DNA from: Flavisolibacter sp.
Lineage (GTDB): Bacteria; Bacteroidota; Bacteroidia; Chitinophagales; Chitinophagaceae
NCBI GenBank assembly: GCA_031365785.1
Contig: JANLYU010000178.1
Span: forward strand, 1 to 41,474
Direction of reading: 5' to 3'
Length of the DNA stretch: 41,474 nt
Part shown: positions 20,298 through 28,602 of the stretch, one piece after another
How the letters are laid out: every line of letters begins with the position of its first letter
Position numbering within the stretch: the first letter of the stretch is position 1
Notes under the pieces: model-generated
The model's database searches: none
The model's input: only the letters and a program-made list of their open reading frames with translations
Told to the model about the DNA's origin: nothing
Translations under genes and position numbers: made by a program

Positions 20298-21758
20298 ATG
20301 AAAGTTTTTATATACTATTTATTGCTTGTAAGTGCGTTGCTGAGCGCTTGCACAAAAAAAGTACAGGACATCACCCCCATTGACCGCATTACCCCCGACC
20401 TGGTTTTTTCCACACCTGCCCGGATGGAAGCTGCGGTGGTAGGAGCGTATGATGGATTGCAAAGTGCAGAATTCCTTTCCGGAAGAACACTCATTTATGC
20501 AGACCTCCTGGGTGACGATGTGATTGATAAAAATAATTTCTTTGCAGATTTTGCAAGATTTAATATGCTTGCCAATAATGGTCTCGCTGCCAACATGTGG
20601 AGTGCTGGTTACAACGCCATTGCAAGGGCCAACCGCGCCAAGGTTGGTATTGAAGCCAATCCTGGTATTGTTAGCCCGGCAAAAGCAAAGGAATTCATAG
20701 CTGAAACAAAATTTGTCAGAGCCATTGCCCACTTCTACCTGGTTAATTTCTATGCTCAGGGTTATACATTCACAGCAGACGCCTCTCATCCCGGGATTCC
20801 CTATGTTACCTCCAGTTTTACCACCAACGATCCTGCAGGAAATGTTCCCAGGGCCACTGTAAAACAGGTATATGATAACATCCTGCTCGACCTGAATGAT
20901 GCGTTAACCGATCTTCCACTGGCGCAAGCCAACCTGTCACTTACAAAAACAAGGGGTACCAAAGCAGCAGCAGCAGCCCTGCTTTCACGGGTGTACCTCT
21001 ACAAGGAAGACTGGACCAATGCGAAGACCATTGCAGGAAGAATCATAAGTGGAGAATTCGGGACCTTTACACTCAATGCCAGTCCAAACGGTGTATTCGG
21101 ACCTGGAAAATATACTACCGCAGAAACAATATTTTCTATTCCCAACAGTGCCAATGATAATCCCAACACCAATAATGCCCTTCCGCAACATTATTATGAA
21201 ACCGGTCGAGGCGACTTAACCGTATCCCAACTCTTTTTAAATGCTTCAACGGATCCCTATTTTGCAGCCGATGATAAAAGAAGAACGCTGATTCTTGCCA
21301 ACACCATGCCTTCCAACTCAGGAAATTTTTATACGGCAAAGTATCCCGATGTAGCCACCCGTGCCGACTGGGCTCCGGTGATCCGGTATGCAGAAGTGTT
21401 GCTGAATTACGCCGAAGCTGGTGCAAGACTGGCTGCAGGTGTGGATGCAGATGCGATCAGTAAACTCAATATGGTGCGCGACCGCTCCAGGGTTTCAGCT
21501 CCTCAATACACCGTTGCCTCCTTTGTTACTAAGCAAGACCTTATCAATGCCATCCTTGCAGAACGCAGAATTGAGCTGGCATTTGAAGGGCACCGTTATT
21601 TTGACCTCAAAAGAACGAAGTCCAGTTATACCCGCATAGATTCAGACCGTACTACAGTCATTACCGCCACGTATGGCACAGACAAATATATTCTCCCCAT
21701 ACCCCAGGCCGAAGTAGATAAAAGTTTGGGAATTTTAAAACAGAATCCAGGTTACTGA
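20298..21758 (+). CDS. susD: SusD/RagB-family surface lipoprotein (copy 3)
   Basis: Lipobox LSAC, AETKFVRAIAHFYLV, RYAEVLLNYAEA, ERRIELAFEGHRYFDLKR, QNPGY end. Confidence 0.95.
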   Translation: MKVFIYYLLLVSALLSACTKKVQDITPIDRITPDLVFSTPARMEAAVVGAYDGLQSAEFLSGRTLIYADLLGDDVIDKNNFFADFARFNMLANNGLAANMWSAGYNAIARANRAKVGIEANPGIVSPAKAKEFIAETKFVRAIAHFYLVNFYAQGYTFTADASHPGIPYVTSSFTTNDPAGNVPRATVKQVYDNILLDLNDALTDLPLAQANLSLTKTRGTKAAAAALLSRVYLYKEDWTNAKTIAGRIISGEFGTFTLNASPNGVFGPGKYTTAETIFSIPNSANDNPNTNNALPQHYYETGRGDLTVSQLFLNASTDPYFAADDKRRTLILANTMPSNSGNFYTAKYPDVATRADWAPVIRYAEVLLNYAEAGARLAAGVDADAISKLNMVRDRSRVSAPQYTVASFVTKQDLINAILAERRIELAFEGHRYFDLKRTKSSYTRIDSDRTTVITATYGTDKYILPIPQAEVDKSLGILKQNPGY

Positions 21759-21777
21759 TCCATATGAATAGAACAGT

Positions 21778-21805
21778 AGGTTGTCTTAGGACAACCTTTT
21801 TTTTT
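21778..21805 (+). terminator. Intrinsic terminator after susCD pair 3
   Basis: AGGTTGTC-ttag-GACAACCT followed by 8 T. Confidence 0.88.
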
Positions 21806-21891
21806 GCTGGTGGGTAGCTCCTGTTTCAAAACATGTTTTTAGCAGTCAGTCTCATAAAAAAAATGTAGACCCGCGGCTACTACCGGTTGAA

Positions 21892-23028
21892 TTATTTTAA
21901 AAATTTTTCTAGTGTGGAGAATAAATCAGCGCCTCTTATATTTTCTGCCACGATATTTCCACCCGGATCTACCAGGAAATTATAAGGAATGCTGTGAACA
22001 TTGTATAATGCGGCGGCTTCGTTATCCCAATACTTCAAATCACTCACATGATTCCAGGAGAGGCTGTCGTTCCGGATAGCCTGGAGCCATTGTTCCTTAT
22101 TCTGGTCTAAGGAAACCCCGAGGATTGTAAAATTCTTTTGGTGATACTTTCTGAAAGCTGCCACAACATTTGGATTTTCTTCCCGGCAGGGTTTACACCA
22201 GCTGGCCCAGAAATCAACGAGAACATATTTTCCTAACAATGAGGACAAAGGGAGAAGACGGCCACTGGTGTCAGGCAATTTAAAATCTGTAGCTTTTGAG
22301 GAAGCAGTGTTTTTTCTAAGGTTGAGGACGGCAGGATGATCCGGAAACTTATTGGTCATCTTGTCTACCAGGGTGCTTGATTCTGACCTGCTAAAAGCCT
22401 TCACTCCAAACTGGTCAAACAGGCGTTGAAGATCACCAAAAACATAAAGGCTCACCACCGCACTGTTGGTTTTACTGATCAGGTCAACCGTAAAATTTTT
22501 CATTTCATCTGCAGCAGCCTGGTATTGAGTGATAGAATTTTTTTTCAGGATGTCTTTTTGATCGGCGGAAATGCTATCTGAAATATGGGGCTGACTGAAA
22601 TGCTCATACTGGTTGACAGCATTTTCCATTTTCATTCCTTCTTCTTTCATTTTCCTACGGAATGAAAGCAGTTCGTTGCTCGCCGGGGAACCTTGCACCA
22701 GGTAGGGATCCTCTTTTGACAGATCTGCTTCTATAGTAATTTTCCTATTGTCATTGATGAGGAGTGCAAAGGGATAAGTGGCTGGTCCTGCCCGTAGACT
22801 AAATAAGCTTTCTCCTTTTGGTGAAGCTTGCAGAGTGAAAGAACTGTTTTTTACTGTTGCAGAATCTACAATGACAGGAGTTTTGGCCTCATAACTATTT
22901 TCTTCCAGATAAATAGTTTGATCTGAGGCATGGCTGATCTTACCTTCTATGGTAAAGCCTTCTGCATTATTTTTTCCCTGGCAGGAATAGAAAACAACGA
23001 TCCATGAGAAATAAAAGAAACGCTTCAT
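21892..23028 (-). CDS. TlpA/ResA-like thiol-disulfide oxidoreductase lipoprotein (DUF4369-like N-domain plus AhpC/TSA domain)
   Basis: Lipobox FYSC; C-terminal domain DFKLPD...GKYVLVDFWASWCKPCREENP...SIP. Starts 3 nt after the gatB stop. Confidence 0.9.
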   Translation of the reverse strand: MKRFFYFSWIVVFYSCQGKNNAEGFTIEGKISHASDQTIYLEENSYEAKTPVIVDSATVKNSSFTLQASPKGESLFSLRAGPATYPFALLINDNRKITIEADLSKEDPYLVQGSPASNELLSFRRKMKEEGMKMENAVNQYEHFSQPHISDSISADQKDILKKNSITQYQAAADEMKNFTVDLISKTNSAVVSLYVFGDLQRLFDQFGVKAFSRSESSTLVDKMTNKFPDHPAVLNLRKNTASSKATDFKLPDTSGRLLPLSSLLGKYVLVDFWASWCKPCREENPNVVAAFRKYHQKNFTILGVSLDQNKEQWLQAIRNDSLSWNHVSDLKYWDNEAAALYNVHSIPYNFLVDPGGNIVAENIRGADLFSTLEKFLK

Positions 23029-23031
23029 CCA

Positions 23032-24480
23032 TTAGGTATTTAATTTTTCAATAATTTTTTTTGTAATCAGCTGTGCATCGACCTTGCCCCTGGATAACTT
23101 CATTACTTCGCCCACGAATACTCCCAATAAACCTTTCTTACCTTTTTTATAAGCAGCGATCTTTTGTGCATGCGTATGCAATGCCTGCTCCACCATACGA
23201 TCCATTTCACCCTCTGAAGCCTCCATGTAAAGATCATGTTCCTTTATAAAGGTTACTATATCCATTGCAGGATGTTGAGTGAGCTCCGGAAAAACTTTTT
23301 GCGATGCCATTGCATAGCTGATCTTTCCTTCTTCAATCAGCTGAATGAGGGCGGCCACCGGTGCAGGCTGGATTCCACATTCCGCCAGAGAAATATCATG
23401 ACCAGAAAGAAATTGTTGTAAGGGGCCAATGATCCAGTTGGCGGCTGCCTTATGATTTTTTGTCTGCTTCACGAGTTCAAAGAAAAAGTAACTGAGTTCT
23501 GCGTCTTCAGAAATCTGGGATGCGTCATACGGAGATAAACCATATTCATTCATCAATATCCCGGCGACCTCGGTGGGAAGGGCGGGCATGTTTTGTTGAA
23601 TGCCTTTCATTAAATCCTCTGTAATGTATAAAGGGGGCAGGTCTGGTTCCGGAAAATATCGGTAATCATCTTCATCTTCCTTGGTACGGATAGGATAGGT
23701 GGTAAAAGTTACTTCATCAAGCCCTCTCGTTTGTTGCAGGATGGTTTCACCTTTCTGATGCATGGCGATCAGGCGGGCGCTTTCATGTTCAACAGCTTTT
23801 TTGATAAAACGGATGGAATTGAGATTTTTGATTTCTACTTTGGTCCCGAGCCGGGGATCTCCATGTACGCGGACAGAAATATTGACATCACATCGCAGGC
23901 TTCCTTTCTCCATATTGCCATCGCAAACACCCAGGTACCGAACCAGTTTTCGTAATGAGGTGACAAAAGCAAAAGCTTCTTCCGCACTCCTGATATCAGG
24001 TTCGGTAACGATTTCAAGGAGCGGCATACCGGCCCTGTTGCAATCAATATATGACACGGGGCTTTCTTCCACATGGATGCTTTTACCAGCATCTTCTTCC
24101 AGGTGAATACGGTTGATCCTGACCTTCGTTGTTGTAGTGCCTGTATTTATCTCCATAAAACCACTCCGGCATATAGGCGTGGTATGTTGAGAAATCTGAT
24201 AACCTTTTGGGAGGTCGGGGTAGAAATAATTCTTCCTTACAAAATAATTCTGTTGAAGGATGGTGCAGTGGGTGGCGAGTCCAAGAGTTATTGCCAGGGA
24301 AATGGCCTCTTTGTTCATGCGGGGCAGCGTGCCCGGATGTCCCAATGAAATAGCGCTGACCTGTGTATTGGGTTCATTTCCAAAAGGTGTAGTATCGCTA
24401 CAGAACAATTTAGTTCTGGTCTGTAACTGGGCATGCACTTCAAGTCCTATCACCACCTCATATTGACTTCTTTCCACCAT
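23032..24480 (-). CDS. gatB: Asp-tRNA(Asn)/Glu-tRNA(Gln) amidotransferase subunit B
   Basis: VIGLEVHAQL, RKNYFYPDLPKGYQISQ, IHLEEDAGKS, LRCDVNIS, VEIKNLNS, DYRYFPEPDL. Confidence 0.97.
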   Translation of the reverse strand: MVERSQYEVVIGLEVHAQLQTRTKLFCSDTTPFGNEPNTQVSAISLGHPGTLPRMNKEAISLAITLGLATHCTILQQNYFVRKNYFYPDLPKGYQISQHTTPICRSGFMEINTGTTTTKVRINRIHLEEDAGKSIHVEESPVSYIDCNRAGMPLLEIVTEPDIRSAEEAFAFVTSLRKLVRYLGVCDGNMEKGSLRCDVNISVRVHGDPRLGTKVEIKNLNSIRFIKKAVEHESARLIAMHQKGETILQQTRGLDEVTFTTYPIRTKEDEDDYRYFPEPDLPPLYITEDLMKGIQQNMPALPTEVAGILMNEYGLSPYDASQISEDAELSYFFFELVKQTKNHKAAANWIIGPLQQFLSGHDISLAECGIQPAPVAALIQLIEEGKISYAMASQKVFPELTQHPAMDIVTFIKEHDLYMEASEGEMDRMVEQALHTHAQKIAAYKKGKKGLLGVFVGEVMKLSRGKVDAQLITKKIIEKLNT

Positions 24481-24487
24481 CGGGGTT

Positions 24488-24495
24488 CAAAATTA
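24488..24495 (-). promoter_or_regulatory. -7 element (TAATTTTG) for gatB-tlpA
   Basis: Exact TAnnTTTG 7 nt upstream of the gatB ATG. Confidence 0.7.
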
Positions 24496-24677
24496 ACTGA
24501 TTGAAGGGAATCGTGAACCGTAACACTTTAATCCTGCTCAAAAGAATGCGTTGAGGATGGGATAATGCCATCTTCAACTGAACACTTGCTCGCCAATTAT
24601 GGTAACGATTCAAAAAAAACATTCGATGTGTGGCAGAACTACTTTATAGGAATTGGGTAGTCCCCATTGAAAACTGC

Positions 24678-24704
24678 AAAAAACCCTTCCTGAAAGGAAG
24701 GGTT
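24678..24704 (-). terminator. Intrinsic terminator of the PDZ-protein gene
   Basis: Minus strand AACCCTTCCT-ttc-AGGAAGGGTT-TTTT. Confidence 0.85.
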
Positions 24705-24752
24705 CAGCACATGGAATAAGATCTCAGCTATGTAAGTGCCCTCAGGCAATTA

Positions 24753-25793
24753 TTAAAGATCTGCTGTCTTGAGCCTGCGTGGTATTTTTACCTCTATATT
24801 TTGAGTTTTTCCATCCCGTTTCAACCTGAAGTTGAAACTGTTTTTATCCTTTTCCCTCATTGCTTTTGTTACATCATCCGTGCTTTTAACTTCATGATCA
24901 TTGACGGCGGTAATAATGTCGCCTTCTTTGATACCTGCTTTAGCAGCATTGCTTTCTTCATCCACGTTCAGCACTTTGACGCCTGCACCATCGTCTGTGT
25001 CCTGAATAGACAAGCCCAGCCTGGGTCTCATAGCTGGAAAAAATTCGCCCATTCTGTCAAAATTCATGGGAGGTTCTGACGGAGCCATCCCTTTCCATTG
25101 TTCTCCTAAATTTTTCCATTGTTCATCCATGCCCTGAATTTTTGGCATGGTAACGGCATTCATTTTAATTCCTTTCCATTTACCCAATTCAGCGGTGGCA
25201 TTTTGTTCCTTGCCATCCCTTAAAAACGTGATTCCTATTTTTTCACCCGGGTGGTGCAGGTGCACGGATTCTGTAACATCATCCGTACTTTCAATTTTCC
25301 GGTCACCGATTTTGGTAAGGATATCCCCTTTTTTCAATCCTGCTTTTTCCGCTGCACTTTCCCTTGTTACGGACATTACTTCAGCTCCTTTTTCATTGCC
25401 TTCAGTAACGATTCCAAGCATGGCGCGGTTGGCGTCTTCTCTGAACAACGACATACCATTACCCTCATTGAAGTCAAAGTTCCAGTTGTTGCCTTGTGGA
25501 GTATTTCTATGCATCACATCGAGGGACGTCATGTTATTGATATTTACATGAACATCTTTAATGTCCCTGGCGTCCTTTCCATTGATCTTCACCTGATCGC
25601 CATGAATTTCAATCACTAGTTTTTCTTTTGTATCTCCATTGCGCGTGATGGTGATGTGTTGCATTTCCTGTTCTTCCTGTCTGGTCTTTTCATCTTTATT
25701 CTTTTCTTTTTGCTTCTGGGCAAAAACTGGGACAGACACGATTAAAAATGCACTCATGGCAAGCAGGATACCTTTACTGATTAGTTGATTCAT
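24753..25793 (-). CDS. Exported tandem-PDZ protein without a protease domain
   Basis: Signal peptide (..VPVFA|Q); two PDZ domains (AMLGI..AAEKAGLKKGDIL; PRLGL..AAKAGIKEGDII); no trypsin GNSGG motif. ATG 25793 preferred. Confidence 0.85.
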   Translation of the reverse strand: MNQLISKGILLAMSAFLIVSVPVFAQKQKEKNKDEKTRQEEQEMQHITITRNGDTKEKLVIEIHGDQVKINGKDARDIKDVHVNINNMTSLDVMHRNTPQGNNWNFDFNEGNGMSLFREDANRAMLGIVTEGNEKGAEVMSVTRESAAEKAGLKKGDILTKIGDRKIESTDDVTESVHLHHPGEKIGITFLRDGKEQNATAELGKWKGIKMNAVTMPKIQGMDEQWKNLGEQWKGMAPSEPPMNFDRMGEFFPAMRPRLGLSIQDTDDGAGVKVLNVDEESNAAKAGIKEGDIITAVNDHEVKSTDDVTKAMREKDKNSFNFRLKRDGKTQNIEVKIPRRLKTADL

Positions 25794-25810
25794 AAACAAA
25801 TTATTATTAC

Positions 25811-25868
25811 TACGTTAAATTTCGTACATCAAATATAAAATGTTTTAGGAAATACGAAAACTTTCGCA
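25811..25868. promoter_or_regulatory. Two related 16-bp palindromic operators flanking the PDZ gene promoter (TATATTTG, minus strand 25830-25837)
   Basis: TACGTTAAATTTCGTA (25811-25826) and TACGAAAACTTTCGCA (25853-25868), 12/16 identical, 42 bp apart. Confidence 0.6.
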
Positions 25869-25889
25869 AATGTTAAATTGGTAAAAGGT

Positions 25890-28526
25890 TCAAAGCAGGC
25901 TTTTAACGGTTTCAATCACCAGATGAAGGGCAGTTGCATCCTGTCCTCCGGCAGTAGCCAGGTTCTTCTGCCCGCCCCCGCCACCCCTGATAAGCGGACC
26001 TATCTTTTGTTTTACTAAAGCAGCCGCATCCAGGTGTTTTTGTTTCACTATTTCTTCATCAAATAGGAGCACCACATGCGCTTTGCCTTCTATAGCAGCA
26101 GCCAGCACGATCACCGGTTGTGCGATCCGGTGTTTGAGTTCAAAGGCAAGTTTTTTCAAAGCCTCAGCGTGGGTTGCTTCCACCAATTCACCCAGGAAAT
26201 TGCAACCATTCAACGGCTGGGCTTTTTGGGATAACCTATCTGCCGATGCCCTGAGCTGTTGCCCTTCAAATTTTTCCAACGATTTTTTGAGCATTTCATT
26301 TTCATCTCTCATAGTCAGGATGGACTTAGAAATGTCTGTAGGGTTTTTTAGTAACTCCTTAATAGAATGCAACAGTTGGCCTTGTTCCCTTGCATATTGT
26401 TCTGCGGGAACGCCGCCTATAGCTTCTATCCGACGCACTCCGGCCGCAACAGCACTTTCAGTAAGAATTCTGAAATAACCCAGCTCACCAGTAGAGCCCA
26501 CATGGGTTCCGCCACACAGTTCCTTAGAAAATTCAGGATCAATAGTGATGACCCGGACGGTCTCACCGTATTTTTCTCCAAATAATGCCATGGCACCAGT
26601 TTTCATGGCTTCATCCCGGGGCAGGTATTGGGTGTTGACCTGAATATTCTGGCGAATCTTATCATTGATGATCATTTCTACCTGCCTGATCTCTTCTTCA
26701 GATAATTTACTGAAATGCGAAAAATCAAATCGCAGGTTACGGGCATTCACAAGGGAACCCTTTTGAGTCACATGGTTTCCCAGCACCTGACGCAACGCGG
26801 CATGAAGCAAATGTGTTGAGGTATGATGTACCGCAGTAAGTTTCCTGTTTACCACATTCACGCAGGCGGTGATTTCATCATGAAGGTCCTTTGGTAACTC
26901 ATCGGCTATATGGACGATCAGTTCATTTTCTTTTCGGGTATCGGATATGGTATATTCCTTTGCTCCAATCATAAAGGTCCCATTATCACCAACCTGTCCA
27001 CCACTCTCAGCATAAAAAGGAGTTTTGTCCAGGACCACCTGCCACGCTTCCTTATTTTTCGTTTTTACTTTTCTGTAACGCAGCACCTGAGCAGTTGATA
27101 CCAAAGTGTCATACCCGATAAATGTATTGCTGTTGCCTTCACTGATGATGGTCCAGTCGCCTGTATCTACGATGGATGCTGCGCGGGAGCGGTCTTTTTG
27201 TTTTTGCATTTCCCGGGTGAAGTCTTGCTCATTCACTTTAAAATTTCTTTCGCCGGCGATCAGCACAGTTAAATCTAAAGGGAAACCATAAGTATCATAC
27301 AGGTCAAATGCATCCTGGCCAGATATGGTGGAGGAGGAGGAATGGCTGAGAAAGTCTTCCATTCTTTTCAATCCTTTTTCCAGAGTTCTGAGAAAAGCTT
27401 CTTCTTCTTCATGGATCACTTTCATCACAAACTGCTCCTGCTTTTTCAGCTCTGGAAAGATGTCTTCAAATTGTTGGGCAATTACCGGCACCAGCTGGAA
27501 GAGCAAAGGCTGAGGGTAGTGGAGATAAGAATAATAATAACGCACGGCTCTTCGAAGTATCCTTCTGATCACGTAGCCAGCTCCTGTATTGGAAGGTAGC
27601 TGTCCATCCGCAATCGTAAAAGAAATCGCTCGGATATGGTCTGCCAATACTCTGAAAGCTATATCAGATTGGTTTGTGCCTTTTTGGTAAATCTTCTGGG
27701 TGAGCCCGGCAATTTTTTCAATGGTTCCGCTGAATACGTCTGTATCATAATTAGAATTTTTGCCCTGGATCACACGAACCAGTCGTTCCAGTCCCATACC
27801 TGTATCCACATGCCGGGCCGGCAAAAGTTCCAGGCTCCCATCTTTCAGGCGGTTATATTGAATAAAAACATTGTTCCAGATTTCAATCACCTGGGGATGA
27901 TCCGCATTCACAAGGGTTTTGCCGTCCGTAACTTTCCTTTCAGCATCCGGACGGGTGTCCACATGAATTTCTGTGCAGGGTCCGCAAGGCCCGGTGTCAC
28001 CCATTTCCCAGAAATTTTCCTTTTTACCAAAAGGAAGAATTCTGTCGGTAGCCATCCATTTTTTCCATTCCTCCAAGGCCTCTGTATCACCTGAAATATT
28101 TTCAGCTTCATTACCTCCGAAAACGGTTACATACAGTCTGTCTTCTGGAAGTTGGAATACTTTAGTCAGTAGTTCCCAGCTCCATTCAATCGCTTCCTTT
28201 TTGAAATAACCAGCGGAGGGGTTGGAAGGATCACCAAAGCTCCAGTTGCCCAGCATTTCAAACATCGTATGATGGTAGGTATCTACTCCCACCTCTTCCA
28301 GGTCATTGTGCTTGCCGCTCACCCGCAAACATTTTTGTGTATCGGCTGCACGAGGCCAGGGCGCCTGACGGTTGCCGAGGAAATAATCTTTGAACTGATT
28401 CATACCTGCATTGGTAAACATCAGGGTTGGGTCATCTTTCACCACAATAGGAGCTGAGGGTACCAGGTGGTGGTGTTTTGAATGAAAAAAGTCAAGGAAT
28501 TGCTTTCGAATCTGGGCGCTGGTCAT
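25890..28526 (-). CDS. alaS: Alanine--tRNA ligase
   Basis: DPTLMFTNAGMNQFK, HHTMFEMLGNWSFG, DTGMGLERL, GYVIRRILRRA, editing-site HTSTHLL and ELCGGTH, DHHA1 GGGGG. Start ATG 28526 or GTG 28529. Confidence 0.98.
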   Translation of the reverse strand: MTSAQIRKQFLDFFHSKHHHLVPSAPIVVKDDPTLMFTNAGMNQFKDYFLGNRQAPWPRAADTQKCLRVSGKHNDLEEVGVDTYHHTMFEMLGNWSFGDPSNPSAGYFKKEAIEWSWELLTKVFQLPEDRLYVTVFGGNEAENISGDTEALEEWKKWMATDRILPFGKKENFWEMGDTGPCGPCTEIHVDTRPDAERKVTDGKTLVNADHPQVIEIWNNVFIQYNRLKDGSLELLPARHVDTGMGLERLVRVIQGKNSNYDTDVFSGTIEKIAGLTQKIYQKGTNQSDIAFRVLADHIRAISFTIADGQLPSNTGAGYVIRRILRRAVRYYYSYLHYPQPLLFQLVPVIAQQFEDIFPELKKQEQFVMKVIHEEEEAFLRTLEKGLKRMEDFLSHSSSSTISGQDAFDLYDTYGFPLDLTVLIAGERNFKVNEQDFTREMQKQKDRSRAASIVDTGDWTIISEGNSNTFIGYDTLVSTAQVLRYRKVKTKNKEAWQVVLDKTPFYAESGGQVGDNGTFMIGAKEYTISDTRKENELIVHIADELPKDLHDEITACVNVVNRKLTAVHHTSTHLLHAALRQVLGNHVTQKGSLVNARNLRFDFSHFSKLSEEEIRQVEMIINDKIRQNIQVNTQYLPRDEAMKTGAMALFGEKYGETVRVITIDPEFSKELCGGTHVGSTGELGYFRILTESAVAAGVRRIEAIGGVPAEQYAREQGQLLHSIKELLKNPTDISKSILTMRDENEMLKKSLEKFEGQQLRASADRLSQKAQPLNGCNFLGELVEATHAEALKKLAFELKHRIAQPVIVLAAAIEGKAHVVLLFDEEIVKQKHLDAAALVKQKIGPLIRGGGGGQKNLATAGGQDATALHLVIETVKSLL

Positions 28527-28560
28527 CACAATAAAAGATTGATTTTGCTATTTATGCGAG

Positions 28561-28596
28561 TATATTTGTTCCCCTCTAGCGGAGTGAGCAAAGGTA
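28561..28596. promoter_or_regulatory. Face-to-face -7 elements: TATATTTG (+, 28561-28568, M23 gene) and TACCTTTG (-, 28589-28596, alaS)
   Basis: Both are exact TAnnTTTG matches pointing toward each other, 20 nt apart. Confidence 0.65.
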
Positions 28597-28602
28597 GTAA
28601 AT

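Noticed and set aside
7656-21758. Classical polysaccharide utilisation locus or recombinase-driven susC shufflon
   Set aside because: No glycoside hydrolase, HTCS/ECF regulator or recombinase is present, and all three susC genes are full-length and co-oriented with their own signal peptides.
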